A stretch of 64,000 nt of DNA from Leptogorgia sarmentosa (lineage: Eukaryota): NCBI GenBank assembly GCA_964658305.1, contig OZ210885.1, positions 4,774,001 to 4,838,000 of the forward strand, in the 5' to 3' direction. Numbering within the stretch: position 1 is the first letter of the stretch; each line of letters begins with the position of its first letter. Both the position numbers and the translations under genes were made by a program. The notes beneath the pieces are model-generated. The model was not told the DNA's origin. It made no database searches and worked only from the letters and a program-made list of their open reading frames with translations. Below are positions 47,423 through 59,927 of the stretch, piece after piece.

Positions 47423-48390
47423 TTGTATGTCCACCCTATGATGATATTCAAGAGAAACGTTGATCATTCACCACCTAGAACTTGCCCAGTGTTCTGGTAC
47501 TTTAGGCATTTTGTCGAACATATCAAATGTTCGAAAACTTCACCTGTGTTGCAGATACCAGATGGGCATACGACCCATATTAAGAGGTACGCCACCATTG
47601 ATTATGCTGGAGAAAATGGCATATTCATTCTTTCCCTACCTTTACATACATCACACAAGCTCCAACTACTGGGATAGAAGGTTTTGTAAACCACTCAAAG
47701 TTGCCTACAATACGCATGCTCATGCTGGTTGAGGAATCATCCCGGCAGAAGAATAATAGTTCAACTTGGAGAGTTGTTGAATGTGCAGCGTACCTGAAAC
47801 CTGCCACAGTTGAAAATGCAATTTCTGGGTTTAAGTGCACTGGAATCATTCCCTTGAATCCTGTTGTTTTGCCCGAATCTAAATTTCTGGATGACCATGT
47901 GAAGCCTCCAATGAGAATGCCCAGTCACCAATCCCCAACACAGTTTCCCACAGCACTATACACTGGGAAGTTCAAAGTGCAGAGTCACCTAGCCTTCTTT
48001 TATTCCACTTCTTTTATTCCACTTGAGTCCCCTACTGTGCGTGTGCGTGATGGAGTGCAACAAAATTCTACTTGTGTGAGCTCTCCGACTCACAGAAAGT
48101 TCCATCAATTCCAGAGAAGCAGAAATCAAAAAGGTCTGAGGGGTCCCAAGCTGTGACCACTTCTCCTTATATGAAGTCTCTTATAGACAACATGAATGAA
48201 CAAAAAAATAACCTTTGAGGCTAAGAAAAAACAGCTGACAACATCATCTCAGGGTCACAAAACTCACTGTTTCCCTTGGCATCAGTAAATAAATAATAAA
48301 TGTGTGATGGGTTTGGTCAGAACCACTACCAGGAGAGGAATGGGTGGTGTGCTCAATATCCAAGAAATAGTTGCATGAAGAATGTCGCAC
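47423..48390 (+). mobile_element. Degraded pogo/Tigger-like DDE transposase
   Basis: PVLQIPDGHTTH..IFILSLPLHTSHKLQ, FCKPLKVAYN and NAISGFKCTGIIPLNP lie in different frames. Confidence 0.75.
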
Positions 48391-48454
48391 TTTTTTAACA
48401 CCCACTACTACCACCTGTTATGAGACCAGTGCCATGCGCATTGGCAGCACCGGC

Positions 48455-49870
48455 CAAGGACGACAGTCACCATGGAGGACGACAGTCACCATGATAGCTC
48501 CAGACACAAAACATCCATTCTAAGACAGCTGGCCGTACACATACCTCCCACAATCTTGATGGCTGTCGCTTCCTACCGAACCGAGAATGCCAGTCTTTGG
48601 CTCGTTCCCGTCTCTTAAGAGATGACTTTGATGATTTAGCACCCGATGACTGTGAGTCCTTTGACCCTGGTAATGATGGTATCGTTAGCCTTGTGCAGGC
48701 TGACGCTCCCACCTCTCACGGCATGAGCATTGTCCAGCCACCTTTTCTCCACATCTTTTATCATGAGCACCAGACTCACGTTGGATACTGGTATCGGAGG
48801 CACCAATGTCGTGCATTATGGTACTCCATCACGGAACACTCCCCATTCGACTGCTAGACCTACCCAGTCGTCTTCACAACCCATCCCAGACCGGTGTCTT
48901 ACCTGGGGCTTATCTTCAGTTGGATACACCTGTGGAGTCAGATCCTGAGCATTGTGGATTCTGGAGCCCAGACTTGATAGCCCATACAACCTGCCTGGTA
49001 AACCTGAATCTGCTTGGCCTCAGCCTCAAAATATCTTATCCCTTGGACATACTCGCATTCCTAACACCATCTCCAATTCTCATTAAAAGAAAACAATAAT
49101 GCCAAGTCAGGCACATTATACCTACCCCCAACTCTGACCCTTTCGCTACCAATTGTTCTACCCACTGTTATGCCACCTCGCCACCCATTCCTAAGAAACC
49201 ATTCTCGGCATCTGCTGTTGTTGACACCTCAATTTCAGAATTCAACCTTTCCATCTCCAAATACAACGGTGCTAGTGGCAAGATTGAAGCTGTGATCAAC
49301 AATGGCAGCCACCGTTCCTCCCCAGCACAAAGGTCGGCTACCCCAGTACAATGTCCATGTAGACTATCCTAACACTTCCTTTGTCGTTAAGAAACCCAAT
49401 GGCGGAAGTCGTCTCGTAACATCTTTTGGCCAGGTCGCTCAGTACAGTAAGCCACAGCCTTCCCTGATGCCTAACGTGGACAATGTCTTACATGCCATCG
49501 GTCAGTGGCGTTACATCATTGTCACTGATTTGTTTAAGTCATTTTACCAGATCCCCTGGCTACATCTTCCATGAAGTATTGTGGAGTCGCCACTCCGTAT
49601 AAGGGGATCTGTGTGTATACTCGTTCTCCCATGGGCATGCCCGGTTCAGAGACTTGTTTACAAGAGCTCATGTCCCGAGTCCTTGGTGACCTTGTTCAAG
49701 AGGGCTGCGTATCCAAGATACACCTTCCGCTGCCCAACGACGCCCTCTGGATTGTTACAGACAGTTCAGTCAAGAACATCAAGTAATTTGGTTCCCATGC
49801 AAAATTGATGCCTTGAGTATCAGTGCTGCCATCAAACATTTTGCCCAATACATTATTCAATCTGTTCTCT
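48455..49870 (+). mobile_element. Degraded Gypsy/Ty3 LTR retrotransposon internal fragment
   Basis: [37 protein letters not shown] and LWIVTDSS (RT and RNase H), with deletions and frameshifts. No LTRs found. Confidence 0.75.
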
Positions 49871-49979
49871 GCAAGTTCCAGAGTGACCACATTCCTGTCT
49901 ACAGTAGAATTCATATTCTCCCATGTATATTTCAAATGGATTGATTGTTTACACTATGACACTACAACAATTTTACCTT

Positions 49980-50045
49980 AGCGTAGTGATTTGCATCCAG
50001 AGTGCCAAGCGTGGTGATTTGCATCTGGAGTGCCAAGCATAGTGC
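49980..50045. repeat. 28-bp minisatellite, ~2.3 copies
   Basis: agcgt(a/g)gtgatttgcatc(ca/tg)gagtgcca repeated in tandem. Confidence 0.7.
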
Positions 50046-51417
50046 TACGCTACGGTAAACAACTCTGTTGCAGTGTAAACACAATGGTAAGAAACAAAGT
50101 GATTTTTCAACGAAGTGCTAATGGCGTTATAGCATAAACAGGGCCTAAGTTTCTGTACTCACTTATTGCAACATTAGGAGAGAAATCCCAATCATTGAAA
50201 GATGTGTTTGAGCCAATCCTCAATGTGGTTGATCCTGAGAAGCTGGGCACTTTAGAAGATACAAGGAAGCTGCTGGCTAAATTCCCAAGTGTTTTCTCTT
50301 CAGATAGTGGGGCAGCAATGTATAACAAGTTTAAAAGCTTTCATGAAAATATTGTTGAGGAAAGATCCCTGGTGGCTACAGAACAAGTCGATGGTCTTCT
50401 GAATTCACCTCAAAATAACGATTCTATTACAAGAGCAGCAAACCTTGCCATTAAATTAGCAAGAAAACACAGCCTTTTAAAATCGGTTGTGAAAGTACTT
50501 GTACCAACTTTTCCTAACAGCCGCACCTTCAGTTTGTAAGAATGAACGATCATCCAGTGCATCGAAATGGGTAAAGAACTGTCTTCAGAGCAGTGTATCA
50601 AGAGAATAGATCTTAAAAAATAAAGTGGTCATTAGTAAAAGATAGGAGACAAAAAATTACATAGTTAAACTGTCCTTGGAAGGGAACTGCTCTAAATAAA
50701 GAAGAATTTTACTATTAACTTTCCTAATTATTTGCTGTGGCTCAGTTGACATTATGGCGTGACAGGACAAGTTTCTTTTACGAATTGAGTGTAACATTAA
50801 AGAATTCCACAAAAAATATGCAGCACAGTCTCATTATACCTTTAACTACAGTTTTAAGAATTTACTACAGTTCAGGGTAAAATAATACATATAACTGTTC
50901 TATCAGGAAATTTTTCCCTTGCACCCCCCCCCCCCCCCAGTTTAGCTCTGCTCGCGACAACCCTGCAGTCTACATCTCAATGGGAGGCGTCCAAATAGTT
51001 GTAATCCTATTTGGATGACAAGAGAGAAGAAAAGCTGTATTACAGAAGACCAATTCACAGGGTACTCTGGCATCTGAGGAATTTCCTCAAGCCAGACGTA
51101 GACCTTTAGGGGAAGGATATGAGGAGAGAATTCACACCCGTTCTGAGACTGCAAAAACTTTGCTGCAGGCAGCCTTTGTAGGAAATTGAAAACAGCAGTT
51201 TTTTCAAGGTCGCACCACCCAATTCCACAAGTTTCGAGGGAACCATGGGTTTGGTGCACAGCGAGTTCCCAGACTTTCAGATGCAACAGAGCTCACCAGG
51301 ATCCTATCGCCAACAGCCCCAGCAACATCCAGTTAGAGTAGCAAGGTATGTAGGTATGTATGTGAGTCCTTTCCCTTTAGCAGGACATCTAAAGCATTAC
51401 TGTCAAAACTGGGCATC

Positions 51418-51454
<37 letters not shown>

Positions 51455-51631
51455 GATGGTTTATTAACATATTTTCGCACCAAAAGGTGAATTGCAACAT
51501 GTTTACAATCATTAAGCGAATTTACAATTATCTATACTATAGTATATAAGATAAATTAACAATTATATAATTATGTTAAAATAGAAAGTTTAAAACATGC
51601 ATATCTACCAAAATACAATAAGAAGGGAAAG

Positions 51632-53821
51632 CTAACTAGTATTAAAAATAGCACACATTGTTGGTATAAAACTGTTTTTATGCCGCTCTGTTCTACAGTT
51701 CGGTAAGCAGTAATTAGAATTATTTCTTAACTCTCTGTCATGCATGTCTGTGCGAAGAGGGGGTAAAAGATAGTTAAGACAAGAATCAGGTTGTTCGATC
51801 TTCTTAAAAGTTTTACAGCAGAGTTCTAGACGTCTAGCATCGAGGCGCTTACATTGGGCGGTGTTAAGGGCATCTTGGTAATCAGCATCAGGATATATTA
51901 TACGGAAGGCCCTTTTTTGAACTTTTTCAATTTTGTCTGATAAATACTGTGGTAGCGCAGTATGCCAAACGGGGCGGCGTATTCCAAGGTTGACCACACT
52001 ACGGAAAGATAAACCAGTAAGAGGTCGCTAGGAGGAAGACCACAGCGTCGCAGCACACGAATAACAGAGATGTTTTGACGCTTTTTTTACTATTGCTTCT
52101 GTGTTATCTTGCCATTTTAGCTTATTATTGATTATTACTCCCAGAACTTTGAATGAGTCAACTAGTTCTTCGTCCAGATTTCAATTACCTCCAGATCTGA
52201 CTGCAAGTTTGAAATTTCATTTCTATTTACAGTTTCAGAAATTGTGACATAGTCTACATATTTCCAGTGGTTAGTATTAGGAGAAGTCAATTTAAGGTCG
52301 TTAATCATTATAATAAAAAGGATAGGTCCAAGTTTAGTTCCCTGAGGGACGCCTGCGTTAACAAACCCCCATTCGGATTGAGAATTATCAATCTTTACCG
52401 ATTGCCGGCGGTTTGATAAAAAGTTGCAAATCCACAGAATGATTGATCTTCTGACACCAAGTGATAATAGTTTTGAAACTAGGATGTTATGGTCAATGCG
52501 ATCAAAAGCTTTACTGAAGTCGATGAAACAGATCCTCAAATAATGCGACTGAGCGTCTAATGTCTTTAGCCAATTGTTAATCATATCAATTAAGCAAAAT
52601 GACGTGGAAGTTCCTTTAAGACAGCCAAATTGTTTTGGATCGATTTTGCATTTGACGTCGTCTATCATCCACTGGACCACAAAGTCTTCGAGAATTTTAG
52701 ATAAAGAGGCAGTAAGTGAGATTGGGCGCAGTTCGTTTTCACAGGACACTGGTAGTGCCTTAGGGATTGGTGTGATAAGCGCGTCTTTCCAGATATCGGG
52801 GAATTCACCCGTGGTCAGGGATGTGTTGAAAATGGAACATACAGGATCTGCTAATTCGTTGGCAAATTCTTTAATAATTCGGTTAGGGATGTTATCGGGG
52901 CCATTTGATTTAAAACTCTTAATTTTAAGCAATTTAGTACACACTTGTTCCGTGGTTATCACTGGTATAGGTTGGGGGGCAGGAAGATAGGCAGGTAACA
53001 AGGAAAGATCCAAGCTAGGAAGATCGTTATTGATGCTTAAAAAATATGTATTTAGTGATTGGGTTAGGTCTTTACCAGATAAAATCGCGCCATCTTTGAC
53101 AAAATTAATACTGCTGGGTGTTGATTTCTTTTTTCCAGTCATCTGATTTACATAATCCCACCACTTTCTGGGATAATTTGATTTAAGATGTTTCACCTTG
53201 TTCTCGTAATGCATACGTTTTTTCAACAGTATGTCCTTTCGGACCTTCAGTTTGTAGTGACGCCAGATTTCTTTGTTGCCAGAATGGAAAGCTTTCTGTC
53301 TTTGGTCAATAAGTTTTTTCAGTGCAGGTGTCATCCACGGTTTATCAGAGTGGTGGATTTTAACCACTTTGGTCGGGAATATTCGGTTAATAGCCGAGTT
53401 TAATTCTTTGGTAAAAGCAGATGCTAGCTTTGAAGCAGAATTAGTTTTTGCAATATCCGTAAACCATTCATGTGAGCTACACCATCTTCCGAAAGCTTGG
53501 CATGCTGATAAAGGGAAGCAACATATGTTCTTCTTAATTGATTTATTATTAATTGCTTCTTTGCTCATGTTCGTGGTCCATTTGACAATATTATGGTCTG
53601 ATGAACCGAGAGGTGCCATTGTGACAGGGTTGCAATAGAGGTCTTCTAGGTTGGTAATAATTAAATCTAAGATGTTTCTTTCACGCGTTGGAGTGTCTAT
53701 TATTTGTTTAAGGTTATGGTGGCACAAAATGTCACAGATGTTTAGTTTGTTAAAGTCCCCGAGAATTACAACACCACAGTCCCGATGAGTACACTTAATT
53801 CGGTCTAGTTGGTCGACAATA
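51632..53821 (-). pseudogene. LINE ORF2, C-terminal part of APE plus RT (disabled)
   Basis: ILGDFN, SSDHNIV, RPISLT, DFSKAFD and GVPQGTKLGP. The catalytic YVDD reads YVDY, with a stop at 52162 and a frameshift near 52000. Confidence 0.88.
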
Positions 53822-56800
53822 TGTCGTAAATAGCCTCCTTGATTAAATCACGACATTTCACATTATAAAAACAATATTATTTCACATTAAAAATGCAGAA
53901 AAATATAAAAACAAAAACATGAAATTTGCCTTCCCAAAAACACTCGCCACGTTACCCCCCACGATGAGTGACGTCACATCCGTACTGATCTATAAATCTC
54001 CCACACCCTCCCCCAATATAACTTCGAAGAAGTTATATTCGACCTGTTCATGGAGATTTATTGCTGTCCCCTGACTTAACGATAACCGCAACAACTAATA
54101 TTAAGGAAGTTAGTATAGATTGTCCGCATCTTCATCTTCTAGTATCTCTTGAACTAGTTGACTCGCATCCAACGCGGCCCGTCTCTTTGGACGAAAGATT
54201 TCTGCCTTCGGGTCAAGTTCGGTTGGTTCTGGTTTCTTCTTGCGATCACACGACAGTTCCAAAGGGAATAAATGTTGTACTGCTCGTTCCAATTGCTTTT
54301 CGCCCACCCGGACTTTTACTCCCCTGACGACTCCGTCCTTTCCGGTAATTAACTCCTCGACAATCCCCAACGGCCATCTTCCGCGATTCTTTTCATCTGT
54401 TTTGAGTATCACTACGTCACCAACAACAGGTACAGTTCCCTTTGATCCTGTTAAATTTTGATGCCTTTCTCTCAGACTTCGTAAATATTCCTGGCTCCAG
54501 CGCTTCCACATGGCTTCTTTACACTTGATTAGATGCTTCGCTCGTTTCCGTAAATCACTCTGCTCAATTCGATGGACCTGAAGCTCAGGTATGGTATTGC
54601 TGTTGAGGTATAGCATGCTGTTTGGTGTTAGGACAGGCAATTGCACATCATCTTCTACATATCCGAGGGGCCGATTATTCAGAGCAAACTCCACGTCCAA
54701 AAGTATTTCCTCGAGCTCCTTCCATGCAAGAAACCCATTCCCTATCGTTTTGTTCAATGCTCCCTTGACCAAACCAATCATTCTTTCAAACTGACCGCCC
54801 CACCATGGGGCGCGGCTCAAGTTGAACTGCCAAGATATCTGGTGAACTGATAAGAAGTTTTGAATTCGTTCATCCTCAGACACAGCTTTCATCCAGCGTG
54901 CAGCACCAATGAATGTTCCCCCATTGTCTGAATATATACGTTCTGGTCGCCCTCTATGTGCAATGTAACGCTTGAGACTCAGTATAAATTCTGTAAGTTC
55001 CAAACTGGGCAAAAGATCAAGGTAAATGCCTCTTGTTAAGCTGCAAGCATACAGCAATACATATGACTTCCCGTCTCTCCCGTTTCTCTTTCGATATCGT
55101 ATAGGTCCCGCGTAGTCCACACCAATCACCTGATACGGATTAGCCCCTTGAGTACGAGTGGTAGGTAGAATCCCTGTCGTTGGTTTCGCGTATGCTGATA
55201 GCCTGAATCTCTTACATCCATAGCACTGGTTACGAATCTTTCTAACGAGGCGCCTGAGACGCGGAATCCAATATCGCCTACGCACTTCGGTCATTGTCAT
55301 GCCAATACCACCATGAAGCGTTAACCTGTGAGCTTCTTCTACGATTTTCTGTGCTAATATGTGACTGTCCGGGACGTATATGGGATATTCCCCTTGAATT
55401 CGACCGCGACATTCCAGGAGGTTAGTTTCATTGGGTTTCAAATTTAGTGATATGCGATCTTCTTCACAGGTGCAGCTTTCTTGGGCATGTCTGATAAACA
55501 GAATTCGCTGACGTTCCGTTTCAGTTGTGGTCAAAGGTCCTTCGGTACGTACAGTCCCCCGACTCCGTAAAGCGTTATTCATTAAACGATAGATCCACGA
55601 GAATATTCGGATCGCTTTCTGTAACCTAAATTTCGCCAACACGTCGTTGATCTTACTTTGCTGTACTACTGCTGCATTCACAAGCGTTTTCGCCGGTTTT
55701 GCTTCAACTTTACTTTCGACCGATGGCTTCGTTACGATATCCGGTGGCCACGATTCTGGGTCTTGCAGCCAGGTAGGCCCATTCATCCACAGCTCTTGCT
55801 TGTGCTGACTTCCCCGACTACCCATATCCGCGGGATTGCTATTGGTCGGAACATGACGCCACACTACCCCCTCATGACTGCGAATTTTTCTAACCCGATT
55901 TTCGACAAACTGTTTGTACGTCTCAGTACCTTTTAACCAGTACAGAACAACTGAACTGTCGGACCAGCAGGTTATATTATTCAGTGGGAATCCCCTCATC
56001 GCTTCTTTCACGTTTTCCGCGAGGTTGACAGCCATATGGGCGGCTAGCAATTCTAGCCTTGGGATCGTCATCTGGGGCTTCGCCAATCGAGATCTTGCTG
56101 CAACTAAACCCTGATTCGCGCCGGATGGTTGTCGCACGACAGCATACACACACGCAGCGAGACCGCTACCACTGGCATCACCAAACGAGTGGAGTTCTAC
56201 GCTGTCAATCGATTCTTGGTGCGAAGCCAGGGATCTTGGGAACTCTATGTCCACAGGCAGTGCGTTCTCCCAGTCAGTCCACTGTCTGTGGAGTGGATAT
56301 GGAATTGGGTCGTCCCAAGGTTTCTTCGAATCGCACGCAGCTCGATACAATAGTTTACCCGAGAGTGTTGCTGGAGATGCAATGCCAAGAGGGTCATAAA
56401 TTTTAGCCAATTTTGTCAGCACACCCCGCTTTGTTGCTACTGCCTCTTCTTGAGGAAATGTGACAGACAAAGTATCTGAATTCTTGTCCCAATTCAGCCC
56501 GAGAAGACTAGAAGCTCCCCCGTCCGGTTTCTGCAGGTGTTGCTTAGCATAGGTGGGTTCAGCTGCTGGATCTTGATTTGACTCGAGTTCCCGAGCGTTT
56601 GAATGCCATTTGTGAAGTTGGAAACAGGCGTCTCCAAATATATCTGATGCTTTGGCTTTGAGCTCTGATGCCCCTTGTACAGTCGTCGACCCAGAGATGA
56701 GATCGTCTACGTATAATTCACGTTTAAGCTTAGCAACCGTCTCTGGTTCTCTATCTTCCCAGGTAGATAGGTGTGCTTCGATGACCCCACCAAGTAAGAA

Positions 56801-59566
56801 TGGTGATGTAGTCAAACCAAATAGAGCCCTAGTGAATCGCAGGGTCTCCACCTCGGATTTGCCGCTTTCTTGCCAATGAAATCGCAAGGCATCACGATCG
56901 TTTGCTCTGATTCGGACTTGTAAAAAGGCCTTTTGAATATCGCCACTGAGCGCAACAGGGTAGAACCGACTCCTCACCAAAACGTTCCACAGCTTATTCT
57001 GCAATGGAGGCCCCGTGTGTAAGCACTCATTCAGTGAAGGAGCCCCTTCGTAAGCTCGAGCCGATGCGTCGTAGACCACTCGAATTTTAGTTGATTCGGC
57101 GTTTGGTCGTACAACCGGTTTGTGTGGTATAAAAAATTCAGTTCCGATTGCGGGTTGGTCTGCAGGCTCGACGATGCCCACTTCGCGTTGTTCATCAATA
57201 ATCTCTTTATACTGGGTGGCCAGCTGTTGGCTCTCAAGTTTCCGAGTTAAGCTTCGCAGTCGACGTAGGCTGCCATTTCTGTTGTTGGGTAGAGGGGGGT
57301 GGTTACCTCGCCATGGCAACCCTGTTTCGTACCATCCCTCTTCGCTCCGTACGAGTTGTTCCTTGAACTCGTCATACACTCCGCTTTGGTCTTCCGTTGC
57401 TTTGTCTTGCAATCCCAGGACATCTTGTCGGCACAACTCCTCATACTCAACCCGAGACGTTTGCGTGAGAAGCATCTGGGTTTCATTGAAGCATTCTTTC
57501 CCCGGTGATATAATCGTCCACCCGAGTCGTGTAAGCTCGGCAATAGGCTGTCCCGATGTTCCAATTTTTGGTGGCGTGGTTGTTTTCACCTTCGCATACT
57601 CGCTCGCTCCCAGAATGATGTGCACAGGTAGTTGTTCCTTAGCGTCAGTGTCCTCCATCGCAACTCCTTCCAAGTGTGGGTAATTCTTAATAAGCTGCTG
57701 ATATTGTGGGTTTTCAAGCAAAACGAGTTCCCCTTTCTCCACTTTTGCCACTTCGACCGCCATCTCAAATTGTCCCGAACTTGCTTTCACATTAACTGTT
57801 CGTAGCTCCATTTCCCTCGTAGTAGTACCCAACATCATCTCGACTTTCCTTGTTTCCCGCTTGCATTCACGTTTTGGTAACCTGTCTATCAGTGCTGCGG
57901 ATGCGTATGAACTGCCGGCGCCCGTGTCAAGTAAAGCCCGGCACTTTACACCTTCGACATCGACAATGACTACTGGGTAAACTATAGCGTTCTTATTTCC
58001 ATGTTGCGCGGTTAACAGTTGCTCTGCTGGGGGTGCTTCGGTACAAATCGAGGTGTGATGCTTTCTATTGCACTTTCTACATCTTGATTTACTTTTACAG
58101 TGGGCTGCCTGATGTTGCGTACCTGTACAGTTAAAGCACCGTCCTTTCTTTGCTAAGATTTTCTTCCTGTTGTCTACGGAGACCACTGTCGTGCAGTCCC
58201 CACTCTTGTGCGCGGTGTTCTCGCAGTACACGCACGCCCGCGAAGAGGTCTCGTGTTCCACGTCTCGTGTGTGAAAGAAAGGTGAGCGTTTGAACGATTT
58301 CTGTTTCTCGGCAATGTTGTCTTCGGTGGGATGAATATCTCGCCATTTCTTCAGTTGCTCGAGTAGGTCGGTGAAACTCCAGTTTTGCCAACCCTCGTTA
58401 CCACGTACCAAATCAGCTTTAATGCCCTTTAACTTTTCTAAGGTGGATCGAACGTTGCCTTTCACGTCTGCGAGTTTTCCCATTGTTTCGAGACTTTGTA
58501 CATTGTATCTTAGCTGTTTATAAAATTCGCCTATTCTTTTTGGATTTGCCCCACTAATCACTGGCAAACCCATAATGTTTTGTACGTAGGCATTAACCAC
58601 TTCCGATGTCTGTCCGTATTCCGCCTCGAGTATCGCCTTCGCCTTTGAATAGCCTTCTTCTGTAAACGGGAGTCCATCTATGTCAGCTCTAATCGGTTCT
58701 TCTAGAAGTTCTTTTAAGTACGAAAATTTAGTTAACACTGACAAATTCGCTGCATCGATCTCTGAACTGAATTTCCCCCAAAAGGGCAACCACGACTCAA
58801 ATTTTCCGTTAAATTTAGTTATAGGAAGTTTTGGTAATTTGGCTCCGGAAATTTTACTGTTTACATTTGCTTGATTTTGTTTGTCTTTCAAATTTTGCTC
58901 GAATTGGGCTTTTTGCTGTAATAATTCTTGCTCAAACATCATATTTTGCTTATGTATCATCACACTTTTCGCTTCTTCTTCGCATGAATCGATTTCTTTA
59001 ATCTTCTGAGTTAACATTCGTATATAATCGTCGGTTTTACTCAGGTCTTGTTCGATTTCTCTGCCCCATTCAGCGACTTGTTCTTCGGTTTCCCGTTTCG
59101 AAAATTTCCTTTCTTCGATATTCTCTTTTAGCTCAATAACCACTTTTGAAATGCTCACAATCGATGCTTTCTGACGTAGACATGCTTCCCTGTCGTTTTT
59201 ATGTAAAGCTTCATCTGTTTTACTCACCCGAAATCGCAGTGCTTTCACTTTGCTCGCGAGCTCTGCAAGCTGTTTCTCCATGTCGAAATTCTGTATTGTT
59301 TATAAAATACGTATTGTTTTGTATCTTTTTCCCGTTATATCTCGTTTTAAATTATCACAATCCCGTTCGGTAGGTGCCACTATGTCGTAAATAGCCTCCT
59401 TGATTAAATCACGACATTTCACATTATAAAAACAATATTATTTCACATTAAAAATGCAGAAAAATATAAAAACAAAAACATGAAATTTGCCTTCCCAAAA
59501 ACACTCGCCACGTTACCCCCCACAATGAGTGACGTCACATCCGTACTGATCTATAAATCTCCGACA
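53822..59566 (-). mobile_element. Full-length BEL/Pao LTR retrotransposon
   Basis: 184-bp LTRs at 53822-54005 and 59383-59566 (TGT...ACA, 2 mismatches); AATA TSD; PPT complement ccctccccc at 54006-54014; PBS-like TGGCACC downstream of the 5' LTR. Confidence 0.96.
54110..59281 (-). CDS. BEL/Pao gag-pol polyprotein, intact, 1723 aa
   Basis: KLPKLPITKFNG..W..FW (DUF1759-type gag), three Cys/His knuckles, LLDTGAG protease, YVDD RT, FGDASG RNase H, integrase (GVDYAGP, SDNG, WWGGQFER) and a GRWPLG C-terminal domain. Confidence 0.96.
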   Translation of the reverse strand: MEKQLAELASKVKALRFRVSKTDEALHKNDREACLRQKASIVSISKVVIELKENIEERKFSKRETEEQVAEWGREIEQDLSKTDDYIRMLTQKIKEIDSCEEEAKSVMIHKQNMMFEQELLQQKAQFEQNLKDKQNQANVNSKISGAKLPKLPITKFNGKFESWLPFWGKFSSEIDAANLSVLTKFSYLKELLEEPIRADIDGLPFTEEGYSKAKAILEAEYGQTSEVVNAYVQNIMGLPVISGANPKRIGEFYKQLRYNVQSLETMGKLADVKGNVRSTLEKLKGIKADLVRGNEGWQNWSFTDLLEQLKKWRDIHPTEDNIAEKQKSFKRSPFFHTRDVEHETSSRACVYCENTAHKSGDCTTVVSVDNRKKILAKKGRCFNCTGTQHQAAHCKSKSRCRKCNRKHHTSICTEAPPAEQLLTAQHGNKNAIVYPVVIVDVEGVKCRALLDTGAGSSYASAALIDRLPKRECKRETRKVEMMLGTTTREMELRTVNVKASSGQFEMAVEVAKVEKGELVLLENPQYQQLIKNYPHLEGVAMEDTDAKEQLPVHIILGASEYAKVKTTTPPKIGTSGQPIAELTRLGWTIISPGKECFNETQMLLTQTSRVEYEELCRQDVLGLQDKATEDQSGVYDEFKEQLVRSEEGWYETGLPWRGNHPPLPNNRNGSLRRLRSLTRKLESQQLATQYKEIIDEQREVGIVEPADQPAIGTEFFIPHKPVVRPNAESTKIRVVYDASARAYEGAPSLNECLHTGPPLQNKLWNVLVRSRFYPVALSGDIQKAFLQVRIRANDRDALRFHWQESGKSEVETLRFTRALFGLTTSPFLLGGVIEAHLSTWEDREPETVAKLKRELYVDDLISGSTTVQGASELKAKASDIFGDACFQLHKWHSNARELESNQDPAAEPTYAKQHLQKPDGGASSLLGLNWDKNSDTLSVTFPQEEAVATKRGVLTKLAKIYDPLGIASPATLSGKLLYRAACDSKKPWDDPIPYPLHRQWTDWENALPVDIEFPRSLASHQESIDSVELHSFGDASGSGLAACVYAVVRQPSGANQGLVAARSRLAKPQMTIPRLELLAAHMAVNLAENVKEAMRGFPLNNITCWSDSSVVLYWLKGTETYKQFVENRVRKIRSHEGVVWRHVPTNSNPADMGSRGSQHKQELWMNGPTWLQDPESWPPDIVTKPSVESKVEAKPAKTLVNAAVVQQSKINDVLAKFRLQKAIRIFSWIYRLMNNALRSRGTVRTEGPLTTTETERQRILFIRHAQESCTCEEDRISLNLKPNETNLLECRGRIQGEYPIYVPDSHILAQKIVEEAHRLTLHGGIGMTMTEVRRRYWIPRLRRLVRKIRNQCYGCKRFRLSAYAKPTTGILPTTRTQGANPYQVIGVDYAGPIRYRKRNGRDGKSYVLLYACSLTRGIYLDLLPSLELTEFILSLKRYIAHRGRPERIYSDNGGTFIGAARWMKAVSEDERIQNFLSVHQISWQFNLSRAPWWGGQFERMIGLVKGALNKTIGNGFLAWKELEEILLDVEFALNNRPLGYVEDDVQLPVLTPNSMLYLNSNTIPELQVHRIEQSDLRKRAKHLIKCKEAMWKRWSQEYLRSLRERHQNLTGSKGTVPVVGDVVILKTDEKNRGRWPLGIVEELITGKDGVVRGVKVRVGEKQLERAVQHLFPLELSCDRKKKPEPTELDPKAEIFRPKRRAALDASQLVQEILEDEDADNLY

Positions 59567-59927
59567 AATATAGGCGGACAGTTCCTTTTGCTCTTGAATT
59601 TGCGTACCCGGTGGATTATACAAAACACAGCATATTAATCCAGTCAGATGCCTTGGGAGCCGACAGGGCCGTAGCCATAGCCATAAGCACTCGAATGCTG
59701 GGTTTTCAAGGTCTGTTCTTCTTATAACTGGTATATTAGTCGAAACAAAAGTGCAGACACCTCCACCTCGGCCATAAGATCTGTCATTTCGGAAAGTATT
59801 ATAATTATTTATATGGATTAATTGATCCGCTACTTCTTCATTGAGCCACGTTTCTGTGATAGCAACAAAACCTAATGGGTGCATTTGTAGTAAAAGTGCC
59901 AACTCGTCGATTTTAGATAGTAGGGAG
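59567..59927 (-). pseudogene. LINE ORF2 AP-endonuclease, N-terminal segment
   Basis: LSKIDEL..VAITETWL..FRNDR..GGGV..YNPP. Joins in frame to 63079+ (LINARS) and to 53817 (VDQLDR..GDFN) when both insertions and one TSD copy each are removed. Confidence 0.9.

Noticed and set aside
50195..50539. 114-aa ORF with protein-like composition
   Set aside because: No recognisable motif or exon context; probably a transposon or gene scrap.
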